The notes: a model not told the origin generated them from the letters alone. A stretch of 57,917 nt of DNA from Bigelowiella natans CCMP2755 (GCA_000320545.1 ADNK01000127.1:1-57917), one strand, 5' to 3'. Counted from the first letter of the stretch, positions 14,397-29,640 are shown. Program-made: numbers and translations.

Positions 14397-15412
14397 CATC
14401 TCAATATCTCAGTGAAACTGTGCGCCACATTAGCTTGTATAAACTTAATCACGTGTTGGCAAAGACCACGAATTCAGCACTCATACCGTTTATCCCGGCA
14501 ACCACAGCATATGAAATTAATCAATTAAATTGAAGTCTATTCGAGATAGGTCTTCAATGATGCGATGTTGTCACAGGCCTGCTACAATATAAAGAGCTCG
14601 CAGTACGTTGTGCTGTTTGTGCTAGTAGTAGATTTCATCACGAATAATGCAATACGAAGAGCTTATGTACAGATGAAAGTATACGTACGTGTACGTAGCA
14701 CATGGGCACATGCAGGTCGTTGTCATAGCACTCCTCTATCATCTCTCGCGTTTTGTCGCATGCGCGATGCGGCAGCCCACCTGCTAGCTACGACGCCAGC
14801 AGCGCTGCAGCAGAGTCATCGCATCTGCTATGCTAGCTCATGCATGCTAGCATGTCATTGTGCACATCACTGGATCATTCGTTGCTTTGATCATCACCAA
14901 CCAAGCTCATTGCGCGTGGCCTGAAGGCACGTGCTAGCGTGGTGCCACACCAACGTCCGTCTCACATCACTGGATCAATCGTTGTCGTTCATGCTTTGTT
15001 GTGATCATTGCTAGTCAAGCTTGTGCGTGGCCTGAAGGCACGCATTGCCATGCCAACATCGTGTTGACTTCAGAACATGTGGGCTGCGACAGAACAAGCC
15101 ATCTGAAAACAAAAATTCATGCTTGCAGAGCAGCGCGCATGCTTTGCAGATGCCAGCGTAACTGAACAATGAACAATGAACAATGATGACGAACTACATT
15201 TCCAAAATGTTGCAAGACACTGAAGCTGTGCAAAAAAATGTCGTATGACAGTTTTTCTTGGTTATTTTCCGAATAAAATTTACAACACCTCATAAGATTT
15301 CATCCAATGCACTACTGCCCATGATATATGCTAAAATCGCTATTCTTATGAGGTTTCCCTCCGCAACAACTCCACAACACACGGCGGCTTGTTCACCACC
15401 TCCCCAAGCCAA

Positions 15413-16069
15413 ATGGAAATTTCCGGGGAGCAGAACACGGCCAACGAGGGGGGCGAGGACTTGTTCCCTTATGATCCAAAGTCTAACAACATTCCAGAGG
15501 ATATCATCGAGCGGTACTACTCTGAGTACTTCTTTGTTGGTGGAATCGAAACTAACACTCCAAAAGCTGGTAAGTGCTGTGACGGGGGTACGTTGATTGG
15601 CATCAGCCATGTTTTCACACGCGATCTGGGCTCGTATTATTTTTCAGGGGAGCAGCACCTTGATCAGTATGCGCAACTACACTCAAATGGACTCGTGGTG
15701 GTAGGAATTGCTCCCGGCCATCCCCTCCTCAGAGATGGCCGGAAAGTGCGGAAGGTAGAGTGGGATTTCAAGGCCGGTTCTAACAAGGTAAGCGGTAAGA
15801 TGAAGAAGGGGGGGCTTGTCTGCTACCCTCACACGCCAATAGCCACAGTATATTGCACGGATAATTCCGAATACTCGATTCTAGCGGGCGTGATGGGAAA
15901 GCTAGTGGAGGTTAACGACCAACTAGCTGCCAACCCAGAATTACTCACTGAGGAGCCCCGGCATCGTGGATACGTTTGCATTATAATACAGAATAAAAAG
16001 CAGAAGGGGAAAGTAAGAGAGAAACTTCTAGCCTCTGGGGAGTACAAAAAACTTCGGTCCTTAAAATGA
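15413..16069 (+). CDS. ABITRAM: Actin-binding transcription modulator (FAM206A/Simiate family); probable in-frame intron 15570-15647
   Basis: HSNGLVVVGIAPGHP, NKVSGKMKKGG and GKLVEVNDQLAANPELL..EPRHRGYVCII are hallmark family motifs (GCV_H-like fold). Confidence 0.85.
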   Translation: MEISGEQNTANEGGEDLFPYDPKSNNIPEDIIERYYSEYFFVGGIETNTPKAGKCCDGGTLIGISHVFTRDLGSYYFSGEQHLDQYAQLHSNGLVVVGIAPGHPLLRDGRKVRKVEWDFKAGSNKVSGKMKKGGLVCYPHTPIATVYCTDNSEYSILAGVMGKLVEVNDQLAANPELLTEEPRHRGYVCIIIQNKKQKGKVREKLLASGEYKKLRSLK

Positions 16070-16710
16070 TGACAGGTCACATCGACCACAATAAAACAAA
16101 ATGAAAATAAGACGAAAAATTATATGAAGTACAATTTCTTCATTCACAAAAATGCACCTTTACCCTCGACGTCTTTGCAAATCGTGGGAATACAATTTAT
16201 ACTGCTCTGTGCAAAGAAACAAGCTAGCATATGGGACTCATTAATATGCCAGCCAATCGTCGTCACTGTTGCGATGTCACTGCTCCCCAATGAAGAAAAC
16301 ACAGCCGGCGTAGTACGCGTGCGCGACGTACACACACCCGCAAGGTCATGCACATGTCTAGATGTGTGGGCGCAAAATGCGTATGTGATAGTCTAGTAGC
16401 AATTCTCTATATGTATGATGCACGAACGCATTACAATAAATGGAACGCATGCACGCGCAAGGCCATCTATAGCTAGCTACCCATCGTCATTGCTATGTCA
16501 TATACGCTATGATGATACGTGTCTCGGTACTAATTAACACATCTAGATGCATAGGTCATGAAGGAGCATAGTATATATCACAAATATCCTGATGACAATT
16601 GACAAGATTTAATCACTTCATTAAAGCCGCATTATGCACAGCTACATAAGGATGACCATTGAACAAATTTAATTGATTTATTACATCCGTCTTACATCCG
16701 TCTCATCTAG

Positions 16711-16826
16711 TCATATACACCCTGATGTAGTGCAAATAGATTTATTGAAGCCTGAAGTGCCTGACGCTTTACAAAGTCTCTTTGCTGTAATGGCTGGTAG
16801 CTTAATACCGAAGCCGTCATCACACG

Positions 16827-16867
<41 letters not shown>

Positions 16868-19312
16868 TATTGATGCATTGTGTGTGTGTGTGTGTGGAGA
16901 TGCTTAGTGTCTAGAATAAGTCTTGCTCGTCATCGTGTCCCTGGAGTCGATCTCCACGACCTGCAAATAGGAAGACGGGCATGTGATCAACCATGCGGAC
17001 AGTACCGATTCATCAACAAAGCACACTAACTATGCGGGTAATACGTGTGAGAAAAGAGGGATACCTTGACGGTTTTTCTTCCGTATCCGTGGCTGCTTGA
17101 TCGCGCCAGCACCTTCAGTGTGGTATAAACACATCCACAATCAGCATAATCTCCATCACTCGCCAGAATTCCATCTATCTCATCACCCGAAGATCTATCG
17201 TCTCTTCCCTTCACCCCAGTACCTTTCTCGCCTTCTTTCCCGCCATTATCTCCTCCAAAGTCATCCGAGGGCATTGAGCTTTCCGACTCCTCAGAGGTGT
17301 CGTAGATGACCCTGGGCTCCCAATTCGATGCCTTCATGGGCGGCGTGTACCCGTACTTCGGAGGCTTTTTCCCTGCCGCTCTTGCCGCCTTTAAGCATAA
17401 ACTTTTAGATTACTTAAGCAAATGCACATTACATACAGAGTTGCGGAGCAGCTTTCATAAAGTTTGTTTCTTCTTTGTTTCTTCTCCTTCTTCTTCTTCT
17501 TCTTCTTCTTCTTCTTCTTTTTTGTTTCCATAACACTTGCCTTTATTTCGTCGTCGGCATGGTCGAGATAATACTTTAAACCTTCACGAGACATGGAGCA
17601 AGGGGGGGGGGGGAGAACGGGGGCGTAAGCTTAGGAATTAGCTGAGGGGGTGATATTGTGAGAGGAGAGGTGGAGAGCTGCCTCTAGACGGTACCTTTCC
17701 TTGCAATCTGCTCAAAGGAGAGAATTCCAGGTTCTCGGAGCACGTTCTCATTTAAGTCGACCCTGCCACAAGAATTACGATACATTAATAAGAGGATTTG
17801 CAGAGGGGCGGGAAGACATGAGGAGGCAAAGAGAGAGAGAGAAGAATAGGGGTGAGTGGATGGAGAGACCCGCGGGCAAGCTGGCGTTCCCTCGATTCCA
17901 TACTCTCCTTTACTTCTAGTTGCTGGGGGGGAAAATAGTCAAGACAAAAAGTTATAATACAGACAACAGCATGTCACTATTCATTTAATGCAGTTTGCTT
18001 CATTCATCTTCTTCTCCTCTTCTTCTCCTCTATCGTACACCCTCAACTTCCCCCCTCGCTGCTCCCCTGAAATCAACCCCTATCTCATCACCGTTTTGTG
18101 CATCCGCATGTATGTGGCAAATCGATCGGCAGACAGCTTATCAGGGTCAAAACTGTACGAATGGGAGACGAGAGAGAGAAAAGAAATAGGGGGGGGGGGG
18201 GGGTTGATGTTGTAAGTCATCTTTTCACTCGCGGACGCATCGTCAGAGTAAGTATTTTTATTGCTGATGATATATTGTACGAGTGCTCATATTTGATATG
18301 TGAGTGTGTTTGTACGGAATCTCATCTTCGTCCCACTTGAGCCTGCGTAGGTGGGATGAAATAGGGGGTTGGGGGGAGGGAGGGGGATAATGACGTCCCA
18401 AGAAATCATATGACTCATACTAATAATGACAAAGCAAGTAACTATATAATAGCACGGGGGAGAGGAGGAGGAGGAGGAGGAGGAGAGATGAGAACGCTAA
18501 AGATAGAAGTAAGGAAAATGTAGTACCACTCAGGCCGCCTATCACGTATATGACGAATGAACCCTGGATCGCTGTATCTAACGAAAACATTGATGAAGGA
18601 GATTGAGAAGGCACGCCCCATTCCTCAGCTATCAGACAAATGGATTATCAGCAGCAGGAGGAGGGCGGGAGAAGGGAGGAAAGGAAGGAAGACTCCTTGA
18701 AGAAAACATCAACATTGGCATGAGAGACAGGATTGCTTACGGGCGCTTTTCGATGCGTTTCAGCTTGAATTCCCAATTGTCTGCAATGTACAGCTGCGGC
18801 GGTTCTTCTTCCTTTTGAGACTTTTACGTTACAATCACACACACACACACACACAGGAAACATATACACACAGAAATGTATCACTACCTTACATTTTATT
18901 GGGTGTTTGTGTGAGTATCATGCTCGTGTCCTCGAGCAGTTCGGACTTCAATCGTCGGTGCGTACAAATAACCGCTACCATCTCCCTCTTTCTCTCCCCT
19001 CCCCCCCCCCCCCCCCTCTCTCTCATATACACACACTACCGGTGCGAAAGCCAGGGCGCTGGGGCAGTTTAGAACCGCAGCCAACGGAAGGCCATCCACA
19101 CAACCTGTATTCGCCCCATATCATAAATATTCCAAATGAGGAGGCGGCGGGGGGTGGGATTAGGCCATCAGCAGCACGCTAATACGCAAATAATCAGCAT
19201 GTATAGACGCGACGGTGTGTAGAGTGGACGAATGCGTATTTATATTGATGATGCTGCTGAACTCGAGGCAAAGACAACAGCTCCCCGGCACAGTATTATT
19301 TCACACAGGATT

Positions 19313-19345
<33 letters not shown>

Positions 19346-19761
19346 CGCGTTCGTTGCGTATGCCGACGTGCAGAGAGATGCTTCCCATTGGAGTTATCTT
19401 AATAACATGTCCGTGGATGATGAGGAGGAAGAGGCAATGATGAGATGATCTTATTAACAAAGAGCGTTGGGGATATAATCTTGGAACTCTTTCCGGCATC
19501 AATCCCCCCCCCCCTCCTCTCTCTCCCTCTCTTTCTCTTTTTGTTTCTTTCTCTCTCCTCTCTCCTTCTCTCTTCATTGCATTGGAAGAGGTGGAAAGAG
19601 AGGAGGCACCTTTCGAATGACTGACGCAAATTTGTCCGTCCAGTACACGTTGGAAGCAGCGTCGGTCGTGATACCGAAGTTTCTACCGCGGTACTGGCTA
19701 GATATAAGGCGCTGATGAGCACCCGAGGAGGAGGAAGAAGAAGGGGGGGTAAAAGAGCGAG

Positions 19762-19813
<52 letters not shown>

Positions 19814-20059
19814 AGCCGGATAATAAGAGGGGGGGTAAGTAAAGAAAGAAGAAACTATGAACGCTGTGATTATCATCATCATATCCATGGTATGCGTTGA
19901 GGGAGAGACACACACAGAAGTAGTAGATTGAATGGTATGGCTTATTTGCTCTGATGATGCATGATTGTATGATTTTATCGCACTCCTCGAAATTTGCCTG
20001 CCTTCCTTTCTTCTTTACTGGCATGTCATTTTTAATATTATGCTGCTTGTCACTTCTTT

Positions 20060-20103
<44 letters not shown>

Positions 20104-20118
20104 GTCTCTCTCTCTCTG

Positions 20119-20166
<48 letters not shown>

Positions 20167-20924
20167 CCGCTTCTCCTCCCCCTCCCTCCTTCCGCACTTC
20201 GTTCTCCTATTCACACAGCAGCAGCAGCAGCAGCAGCATCAGTATGAGCACCTTATGATGTACTGGCGCCATATCAAACATAGGGCCTGTAAAGCTTTCC
20301 TGACACACTACCGTCGTTGTCTGGTATATCATCATATCGTCGTCATCGTTGGCAGAATTATCAATTCCATTGCTAGTATCCCCACCCCACACGCAAACAA
20401 ACACACACAAGATAGAGAAGAGAAATAGAGAGGGGAGAGAAGAAGAAGAAGAAGAAGAAGAAGAAGAAGGGGCAACAACGAAGACTGGCTGAAAGATTGA
20501 GAGGAAAAAGGAGGTGAGGAGGAGTCGAGTAACGAAATCAGTCCTCCTCCTCCTCCTCCTCCTCCTTCTAACCTCTATACAATGTGTGTTCTGGACGAAA
20601 AAGCACGGATGATTGAATGATTGCCATGTGATCACACGGCTATCATAGCATCATCATCTTGATGCCTCCGTTTATGCAAGTTTGACCCAATGGCGTACCC
20701 TACTCCTCCCCCCGTCCCCATGAGTACCTCTCCACTGGGTGTGATTTTGCGTATTGAGTAGCGCTGAAGCTCTCCCATGTACACCTGATGATTTAATACA
20801 ACAGACACGCACACACACACACACACACATAAATATAATATAATATGTATATAATCATGCTCTCTTGAACGATATGTCGACATGCATTTTATGTGTCTGT
20901 TGTCTGCCTCTCCACTCGCAGATG

Positions 20925-20958
<34 letters not shown>

Positions 20959-21830
20959 GAGAGGGAGAGGGAGAAACAGAGTGCTGAGTAGTGTGCTTTG
21001 GACAACATTTCCATGTCCATCGACGGCCAAGGGAGATGGCAGCCAGAATAAAGCGGCCGAGCCTTGTTACGCACACACACACACACACACACACAAACAC
21101 AAACACAAATGTGCTCGAAAAGATGTTCCTCCAAGATATCCCTTCAAAGCCACTAGCAAGCACATATCCCTACACGCCCCTTTCCCCCCATACCTTTTCC
21201 GTCTGGCTCTCCAAGAGCTCTTTTGAGACGAAATGGAAACTGTTCTAGCCTTTTCCTCTCCTTGATGATAGCAGCAACGATCAGGGGTGATATACCCGAT
21301 CAAAACACGAAAAGAATAATAATGGGACTCTCAAATGCGATGGAGGCCGCATCTCAGAATGGAAAGCAAGTAGTAGTGAGAGGAAAGATTATAGCAAATA
21401 ACTCACTTAAAAAGACTGATGCTGTCATTTTCATTCACACACATGTACGCACGCACGCGCAAACGTAACGTGCATACTACGAAAGGAAAGCACGTGTCAT
21501 GTAATGTCATCAACATCACTCACCACTTTTCTCTTTGCAGTGGCCGATCCCGCCACAGTGACTACCTGTGCATAATATGTACCAGATTGTAAGAAGGAAA
21601 GAAGGCGGTGTTGGGGGGGGGAGTGGGTGTAGCGAAGAAACAGCGAGCGATGAGGAAAAGATGCATTCATTTAAGAATTTCCATAGAACATTGAAGCATA
21701 GTGTGAGGATGATATCATCATCAGCATACATTACGTCATCTGCGACTTACAATACCTCTTGGGCTGCGAATCCTCCTGTAGAAGGCCCAGGCAGCCTTAT
21801 AATCTTGCGAAGAACGTTATTCGTGCTGTC

Positions 21831-21863
<33 letters not shown>

Positions 21864-22164
21864 TCAGCGACAACGGCGTGAAGAATTGCGAAAGAAATAG
21901 TAGAAAGGATGGAGATGAATACGATGATTGTAGGACACCTCGCTCCCCCCCCCCCGCCCTCTCTCTTTCTTATACTCGCTGGCGTAGATTTACATACGAT
22001 GGTATACTACTCCGCATCATCCAACATATCTACCTATCCGCTACAAAGATATTCCCAGTGGTAGGATCCCATCCCACCCCAGCAGGATGGCTACGAAAGG
22101 ATGGTGACAATTGATAGGAAAAGTGTGAGAGGAGGGGGGTGGGGTGAGAGCATATGGAGATAGC

Positions 22165-22209
<45 letters not shown>

Positions 22210-22879
22210 CCTTATCTCTCAAATTGCATGATGGGAGGAGGGAAATGGTGGTGTTTGTTGCAGAGTGATATATCGTTCGTGTTGGCTCTTTCTCATGTGA
22301 ATCGTCGTTATCTTCGCCATCTTCCTCTTGTGCAGTTATACTAGGTGTGATCATTTCGGGGAATCTAGGCGGAGGAAAGACGCACGGGCGAGAAAGGGGG
22401 ACGATAACAACTACTAATTGCGTGTGGTTGTGGCAACTTGAATGTAGCGCGTGTGGGCGTGCCGTCCCGTTTCCCTAGTGGACACGAAGAAGTAGCAGTA
22501 GTAAGAGGGGGGGGGAGGGAGGGGAAAGGCGAATATTCAGAAACCAAGGACACGAGATTTAAGATTGAGGAAAGTGCAATAAAAATGAAATATGACGGAG
22601 GCGACGATATAGGTGCGAAACTGCATGTGCACGCACACACGCAAGCACTTACGCACAATCTCTGCATTTCAAGTAAGATGATGTGATCTTTTTTACACCA
22701 ACATCAAATGCAAAGAAGTGCTTAACATACTGAAAATATGTGCGGCTACTATGCATGCAAAAACTGCAACGTGGAAGAAGCACACACCAACAGCTCCTCT
22801 CCCTGCGATGGTGGTAACCTGGTGAAAGAGAACAGCAAGCCACCGTGCAAGGGAGTAGTTAGCGCAAGTTCAGGTACGC

Positions 22880-22936
<57 letters not shown>

Positions 22937-23563
22937 AAGAGAGAAATTATGGTTTATTCATCCCCTTCCCCCCCCCCTTCCGATGGATTGAAATTCGCTG
23001 CTGCATGGCTACATTCAGTTAGTTCTGTTGGTTTGGGATGGTGGAGTAACACCTCTCCATCAGGCTGCACCCGCCTAATACGCTGGTTGTGCGTGTCCGA
23101 AACAATGGCTAGATGATGATGGAGGCGTGTGTACACAGCAATCAGCTTTTCACCAAATTCTCTTCTTCCAGGAGGATGGATGCAACGTGTATATGTGAGA
23201 TATAGGAGGGGGGAAGGGAGGAAGGAAGGGGGGGGGGCGGCCGTGCTGTACTACTACTACTACTACTACTACTACTGCTGCTACTGCTGCTACTACACCT
23301 GAGCCATCCCACAGATCCGCAGTGATACAGAAATACTCTGAATCGTATTAGAAACAACATGTGGGAAGACGATTTCCGGTAGACTGTTGATTGATTTGGG
23401 GAGGGGGGGGGGTTACCGCCAAAGATAGCGTTCGTTCCTCTGCCGTCTTGGAATTGCTTGATGTTCATCCCGTGCCAAAGGGGAAATGGCAGTCTCCGCC
23501 TTCGACCGCACACAACACATGCAACACACCATACTCATAAGAGAAGGCGATATGTTACACACA

Positions 23564-23635
<72 letters not shown>

Positions 23636-24556
23636 TCATGTGTTGTATTCTGAGGTCTTACCCTGCAATGGTGGTCACCTCCCCGTTTACCGTGTCAACA
23701 CGACGGATTCGTCTGCGTTAAGGGGGGAGAGCAAGGGAGAGAACAAACCACGATGATGCTAGTGATAACAGCGACCATTGAATGTAGCCATAATGTCTGT
23801 GTATGTGCCCGCACGTGTGCGTACGCGTATGTTTCTCTGCCTACCTGCATTCGGTATCTGCCACGAGAATACCACCCCTCCCATCATAGGCAATAGTAGA
23901 GAAACTCTGCCAAAGATCATATCATCACATCACGTCGCACGGGGTGTGGAAATACAGAGCAGCAATAGCATGCACCACGGGCCATCATGGTAGTCATCTC
24001 GAGCATGAAGAGATATTATTATTATTAGTAGTAGTAGTAGTACTTGGAGGTTAGCGTCGGTGGCAAGGCCATCAACTGGATCGGTTCGGTTGTTCCGATT
24101 TCCTCCGGCAAACGTCACCACCTGGCGATGGTGAATTGCCCATTGGCACGGAAAAGGGGGAGGAAGAAATGAGAAAGGAGGGGGGGAAGAGAAAGATGAT
24201 GCGGGGTGATGGTGGATTAATTATCAACTTAAATCGCTTTCTCTTCGGTCTATTCTTCGTGCGTTCGAATACCCGAAAAACAAAGTCCTTTATTTCCCCA
24301 TTGCATGTACGCGCGCACACACGCACACACATACACACCCCGATCATCGTATTCTCAATGTATTTCTTCTATATATCACCATGTCCCATTTCGCCATATC
24401 TCTGACTCTATTGCGGCCATTTGGCGAAGGGTGTCCTTGAGGAGGGGGGGGGATCGCTGGGTGGAAACGAGGAGGAGCACCAAACTTGCTGCCGTGCATG
24501 TTCACGAATTCTGGAAAAGCAGGAACACCAGGCACATTGCACAGTTTGTGTGTTTG

Positions 24557-24617
<61 letters not shown>

Positions 24618-24689
24618 TTGTGTGTTCTTCCCGCATCTCTCTGCTTCGAAGGGCAGCGTCGTCAATTTGTCCTTGTCGTACCAACTTTC

Positions 24690-24724
<35 letters not shown>

Positions 24725-26200
24725 GCTCTGCACGTTTGTATCACCGTTCTCCCCATTTATTCTTAGCGTTTGAAGGTCCCTCTGAGCATCCATGACACCT
24801 TTCTGTAGATGATGTACCTTGAAATCTAGTAAGTAGGCGAATAATTAATGAGGAGTAGGAGAGAAGGGAGGGGTACAAGAGGAGAGAAGAAGGTCATGAT
24901 CACGACGATGCTGACGATGCTATAATCAATCAGCACCAGGAAGTTTAATGCTCAGTAATAATACCTTCGGAGCCATCATCAGATAGCCTATACGTGTACT
25001 CGGTTTGATCCTGCTGCTGCTGCTGCTGCTGCCGCGTGGCGTTCTTTGCTCGCTCTAATTCCTTCCATTGAAGTCCTTCCTCCCTGCCTATAATTTCGTC
25101 CCAATATGCACCGCGCGGAGGGAATGGCCTGTCTACCAAAGTCTCCCCCGCTATTGTTTTCGATCCAGAATTGAGAAGCAGGTCCACCTGTAAATCGATA
25201 ATGGAGAGAGCGGGGTTTTTTTGGGGGGGGGGGGGGGGCATATTTATCGAAGAGAGCGGTACGAAGGAAGATACGAACAAGCGTAGGCAAGCTACACTGA
25301 TTTGTAAATTTTCGTAAATTTTCGATGACGATGGACTGTTTGGGCGTTAAAGACGCACAATACTACTTATCTAATATGCACTGTGTGTGTGTGTGTATGT
25401 GTGTGTGTGTGTGTGTGTGTGCTTGGATGAATGTAAAGAGTACAGCGAGGAGCAGGGACCCGTACCTCATTGTTAGTGGCTGCGCGCAGCTTTCCAAACA
25501 GCGTAGTGTTGAAGGACACAGTCTTTGGTTCATCACTGTCGCTCCCCCCCTCGGCACCCTCATCCTTATCGACTCCAAGCTCTTTGAGGACTTGTTCGCG
25601 TCGCTGCTCGTGGGATTCACGGAAGGCAGGGTGCACGTCATCATTGAAAGAACATCGAGCGAATCTATCCACCTCATCCTTGGAGCCGCCACGCAAACGG
25701 CAGCAGCAGGGGGAGGAGGAGGAGATCGGAACGGACGCACGAGGAGGGGGGGTGCGAGGAAGTGTGGCACTCATGGAGAAGTAGTAGTTGTAGTAGCTTC
25801 TGTGTAAAGCAATACTTAAGTTTAATGCTATCGATGGTACTCGATGAATAGTGATTCAAGAGACAACACTACTTATCACACCATACGTTATCGTCCTTAT
25901 GAAGGATGGCCGCTGTCGCCGCTCTCGTCGTCTCAGAGGCGATCCTAGCCCAAAGGCTAAAACAACGATGGCAGTGAGAAGACGGTGCGTATAATAATGA
26001 CAAACTGTTTTGAGTGACGCACAGCAATATTTATTACCGAACCCCCTGCTTCTGCGCCTATTTTCGCAATTCGTCCTCTCATCCAACACTCTTAATCCGG
26101 GGGACGGGGATAGAGGAGAACTTCTTTCCACAGCGGAATGAAGCCTGGAGTCACACCCGAAGAGGAGAAGGGCGAGGAAGGTTGGTAGGGGGGGGGGCAT
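16711..26200 (-). CDS. Large NHL-repeat protein with many short exons in microsatellite-rich introns; boundaries approximate
   Basis: Exon peptides VVTFAGGNRNNRTDPVDGLATDANL, IRRVDTVNGEVTTIAG, IVSDTHNQRIRRVQPDGEV, DGTPTRATFKLP, YSIRKITPSGEV and GITTDAASNVYWTDKFASVIRKV are NHL repeats. Confidence 0.65.
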
Positions 26201-26835
26201 AGCTGAAGTCCACGTTTTGATACTAGTTAAATTCGCATCACTTTGCGATTTTATGGAATAGATCGAAGTACGTCGCTTCGCTTGCAGTGCTCAGCCCGTC
26301 ATCCATTTCTCGGCCCCTTCTTAACGCAGCGACCTCTATGAAAACCAACCATTCGCATCAATCAATCATTCAAACCACGACTACCACCAGTAAGCTACAT
26401 ATCTGCTGCAATTCACGCTGGTTCTAATGTATATCTTTGCTCGCTATGTAACGTTGGCTTGGAATGAGCGGTCACCCATTCTCCGTGGTCGGCCTCACCC
26501 TCCATGCTGCCGTCTTCTGGGGGCTGTGCTTGACTCCAAGACGAAGGACTTCATAAATAATCGAAATAATTACGTAAATTTATTACCTAAATGAACGATA
26601 AGGGATACACAGGATTCATGGATCGTGAGACCGGAATACCTAAAATTCTGTCCAGAAACTATCAGGAGGATATCTATACTTTTGGTCCATGATTGGTGTG
26701 TAAATGATCTACACTCCTCAGGATGTTTCCTGGTCAAAAAAGAGCCAGAAACTGTAACGATTTGGGGGAATCCCGAGAGATTCTCGAAGGAATCTCGAGA
26801 AATTGCCTCAAAACTCACCGTGCATCCATCGTCCG

Positions 26836-28735
26836 ATGCCATTACTGCTCGTGATTGTTGCCGCTACCTGGGCCGTGCCACCTTCATCACTCGCCCAACC
26901 TGTGTATGGTACTGATAACGTGGCGCTTAGTAATGGGGTCATCATGCCAATGGCGGCGACTGGGGTGTGGCGCTTCTCCGACGCCGAGGCCGAGAAGGGT
27001 GTTACTGACGCTATCGCTGCTGGTTTCCGTCACATCGACACGGTGTTTTCGTTTTCGTTTTACTCAATAGAAGTCTTCCAGGCGTACAAAAACTTGCTGC
27101 CTCTGATCTACATCGTGTGTTCTCACAAGTTTTCACTCTCAAAAATTCTCTTCCTCCATGTTTTTACGTTGATAAACCCCACCTTTTTCTCTCTTTCACA
27201 ATCGTTTTCTTCGTGCCGACACATTTCCTCTTTCTTTTATCATTCCATTTCTTCCTCCTCCGATATTCAAGGCCAACAACTACAGCAATCAACACGGCGT
27301 GGGTGTCGCATTGAAAGGGCACGATAGAAGCTCAATATTCCTCACAACAAAGATCGAAAGCTGCGACTCATTGAAAGCGCTTGAGACCTGCCGTGTTTTC
27401 ACCCAGACTAAGCTAGAAGAGGATCTCTCCCAACTAGCTCTAGACTACGTGATGGCCCTATAAAAGAAATTATATATTTATATATATATATATATATATA
27501 TTTAATTATTGTTTGCGGTGATCGGCCACACCTGAATTCGCACCAACTAACAGTTGTCTTTTGAAAGGAAGAGAGAATGGAAAAGGCTCCCACCTTCAAT
27601 ACTAATATCCTACTAACAGGTCGATCTAATGCTGCTCCATAATCCACCCGGAGGCGGCTGCAGGATTCCATTAAACTGTCAGATAATCCAAGAACAATGG
27701 CGCGCGATGCAAGAATTCTACTTTAATGGATCGGCACGAGCTATAGGAGTCTCGAATTTCTGCCAGGACTGCTTTGAATGCCTCGCTTCCTCAAAGCATA
27801 GCACTGTAATGCCCATGGTCAACCAAATTCGCTATCACGTAGGTGAGGCGAGGGCAAGAGGGGAGGAGGAAAAGATTAGTGCTAATGGAAGAAGATTAAG
27901 AATATATAAAAAATCGTTTTTTATTCTTTATATCTGAAACATCCACATCCCTAAGGAGAACATAACAAAATAATTACAAGCGTGGCTGCCTCCCTCCTTC
28001 CTCCTTTATCGTATACACCCTGCAGGAATGGGCCGTGACCTCTACGGATTGATTTCGTATATGCACGATAAAGGGATTGTACCACAAGCGTGGTCGCCTC
28101 TAGCTCGGGGCACGCTGGCTCATGACTTCGATACAAAAGCAATTGCAGCGGGACTTAGCACAGACAAGCTGGACATAACAGCGGCACAAGTGGCGCTCAG
28201 ATGGCTAGTGCAGCATAGGATTGCCGTCGTTTCCGCCGCGAAAGATCCTATATTTTTGGCCCAGAACTCCGCTATCTTCGACTTTGAGCTGGCTGAAGCA
28301 GATATGGCACGGCTGGATGCAAAGAACGACTCCTCAGACACGCCCTCCTTCTTGGGTAGCCTGCTACTTCTACTATTATTGCTACAGCTGCTACTACTAT
28401 AGCGTTCTTGATGTGGGACGTAGTAGTACGAAACACGTATGAAGATGGTATATCATCATGATCAGCACAAGAACACCTTACGCAAAATTGAGAAACTAAT
28501 ACATGTCAGCGCGCTGTACATCTCTCCCCTCCCTCTCCTTTCTTTCCCTCCTCTTTCCTCGCATTGCCCTTCGGAAGGTCCGTGCATACGAAGTGAGATC
28601 TCCATGTCTCCTACCACGATTGAGCTGAATAATGGTGTGATGATGCCCATGGTGGGGGCAGGCTTCGGTCTTTTCGATGACTCCCAGGCACTCTCTTGAT
28701 GCATACGCGCGCACAACTTATAACATATATCTCCC

Positions 28736-28771
<36 letters not shown>

Positions 28772-29591
28772 TACTAAAACGAAATATGGAAAAAAAAAAA
28801 GGCCCATGCACTATCGTTACGAATCCGAAGATACGCCTTAACAACGATGTGATGATGCCGATGATGGGGGCTGGAGTGTGGGGATACGGAGATTATTGGG
28901 TGTGCACATGCACACATTACGTGCCGCTGCTTCACACACACACAGAGAGAGAGAGAGACAGACACACAGACACAGACAGACACACAGACACAGACACAGA
29001 CACCTTGTCATCAGCATAGACATAAAACCCTGGCGTTATGTGTATATGTGTGTGCGTGTGTGCGTGTGTGCGTGTGTGCGTGTGTGTGTTAGAACACCAA
29101 TCATCTCCATTATCACAATCATCATCATCTTTTTTTCCTTCATTCCTACCTAGGCTGAGAGGGGTGTGTTACTGGCGTTTGCTGCCGGTATCACCCACAT
29201 TGACACTGCGAATGACTATCACAACCAACGCGGAGTGGGAAGAGGTCACGAGTTATGAAGAGTCTTTCATTTTAAAAACGTGTGTTCTTCCTTCCTAGCA
29301 CTAGCATGATGACAAATAGAAAATCCTCCTCGATCGAGTTGCATTTATAGACACATAGTAGACGTCATTAGTCGCGCTCTTGACGCTGTAGTTTTCTCCC
29401 TCGAGGCAACGCCGCTGACTCATAATATGCGAGCTTATGAAATGCTTGACCACTGCTGACAGCACTACGTCGTTCGGGAAAAGAACGTGAAGAGTACTTC
29501 TTGACATCAAAGGTTCCTGGTTGCGGCCGTCAAAACGCTGGTAGCTCTGTGTGTGGGTCACAAATAACTCACACCCCCCCCCCCCCCCCCA

Positions 29592-29640
<49 letters not shown>

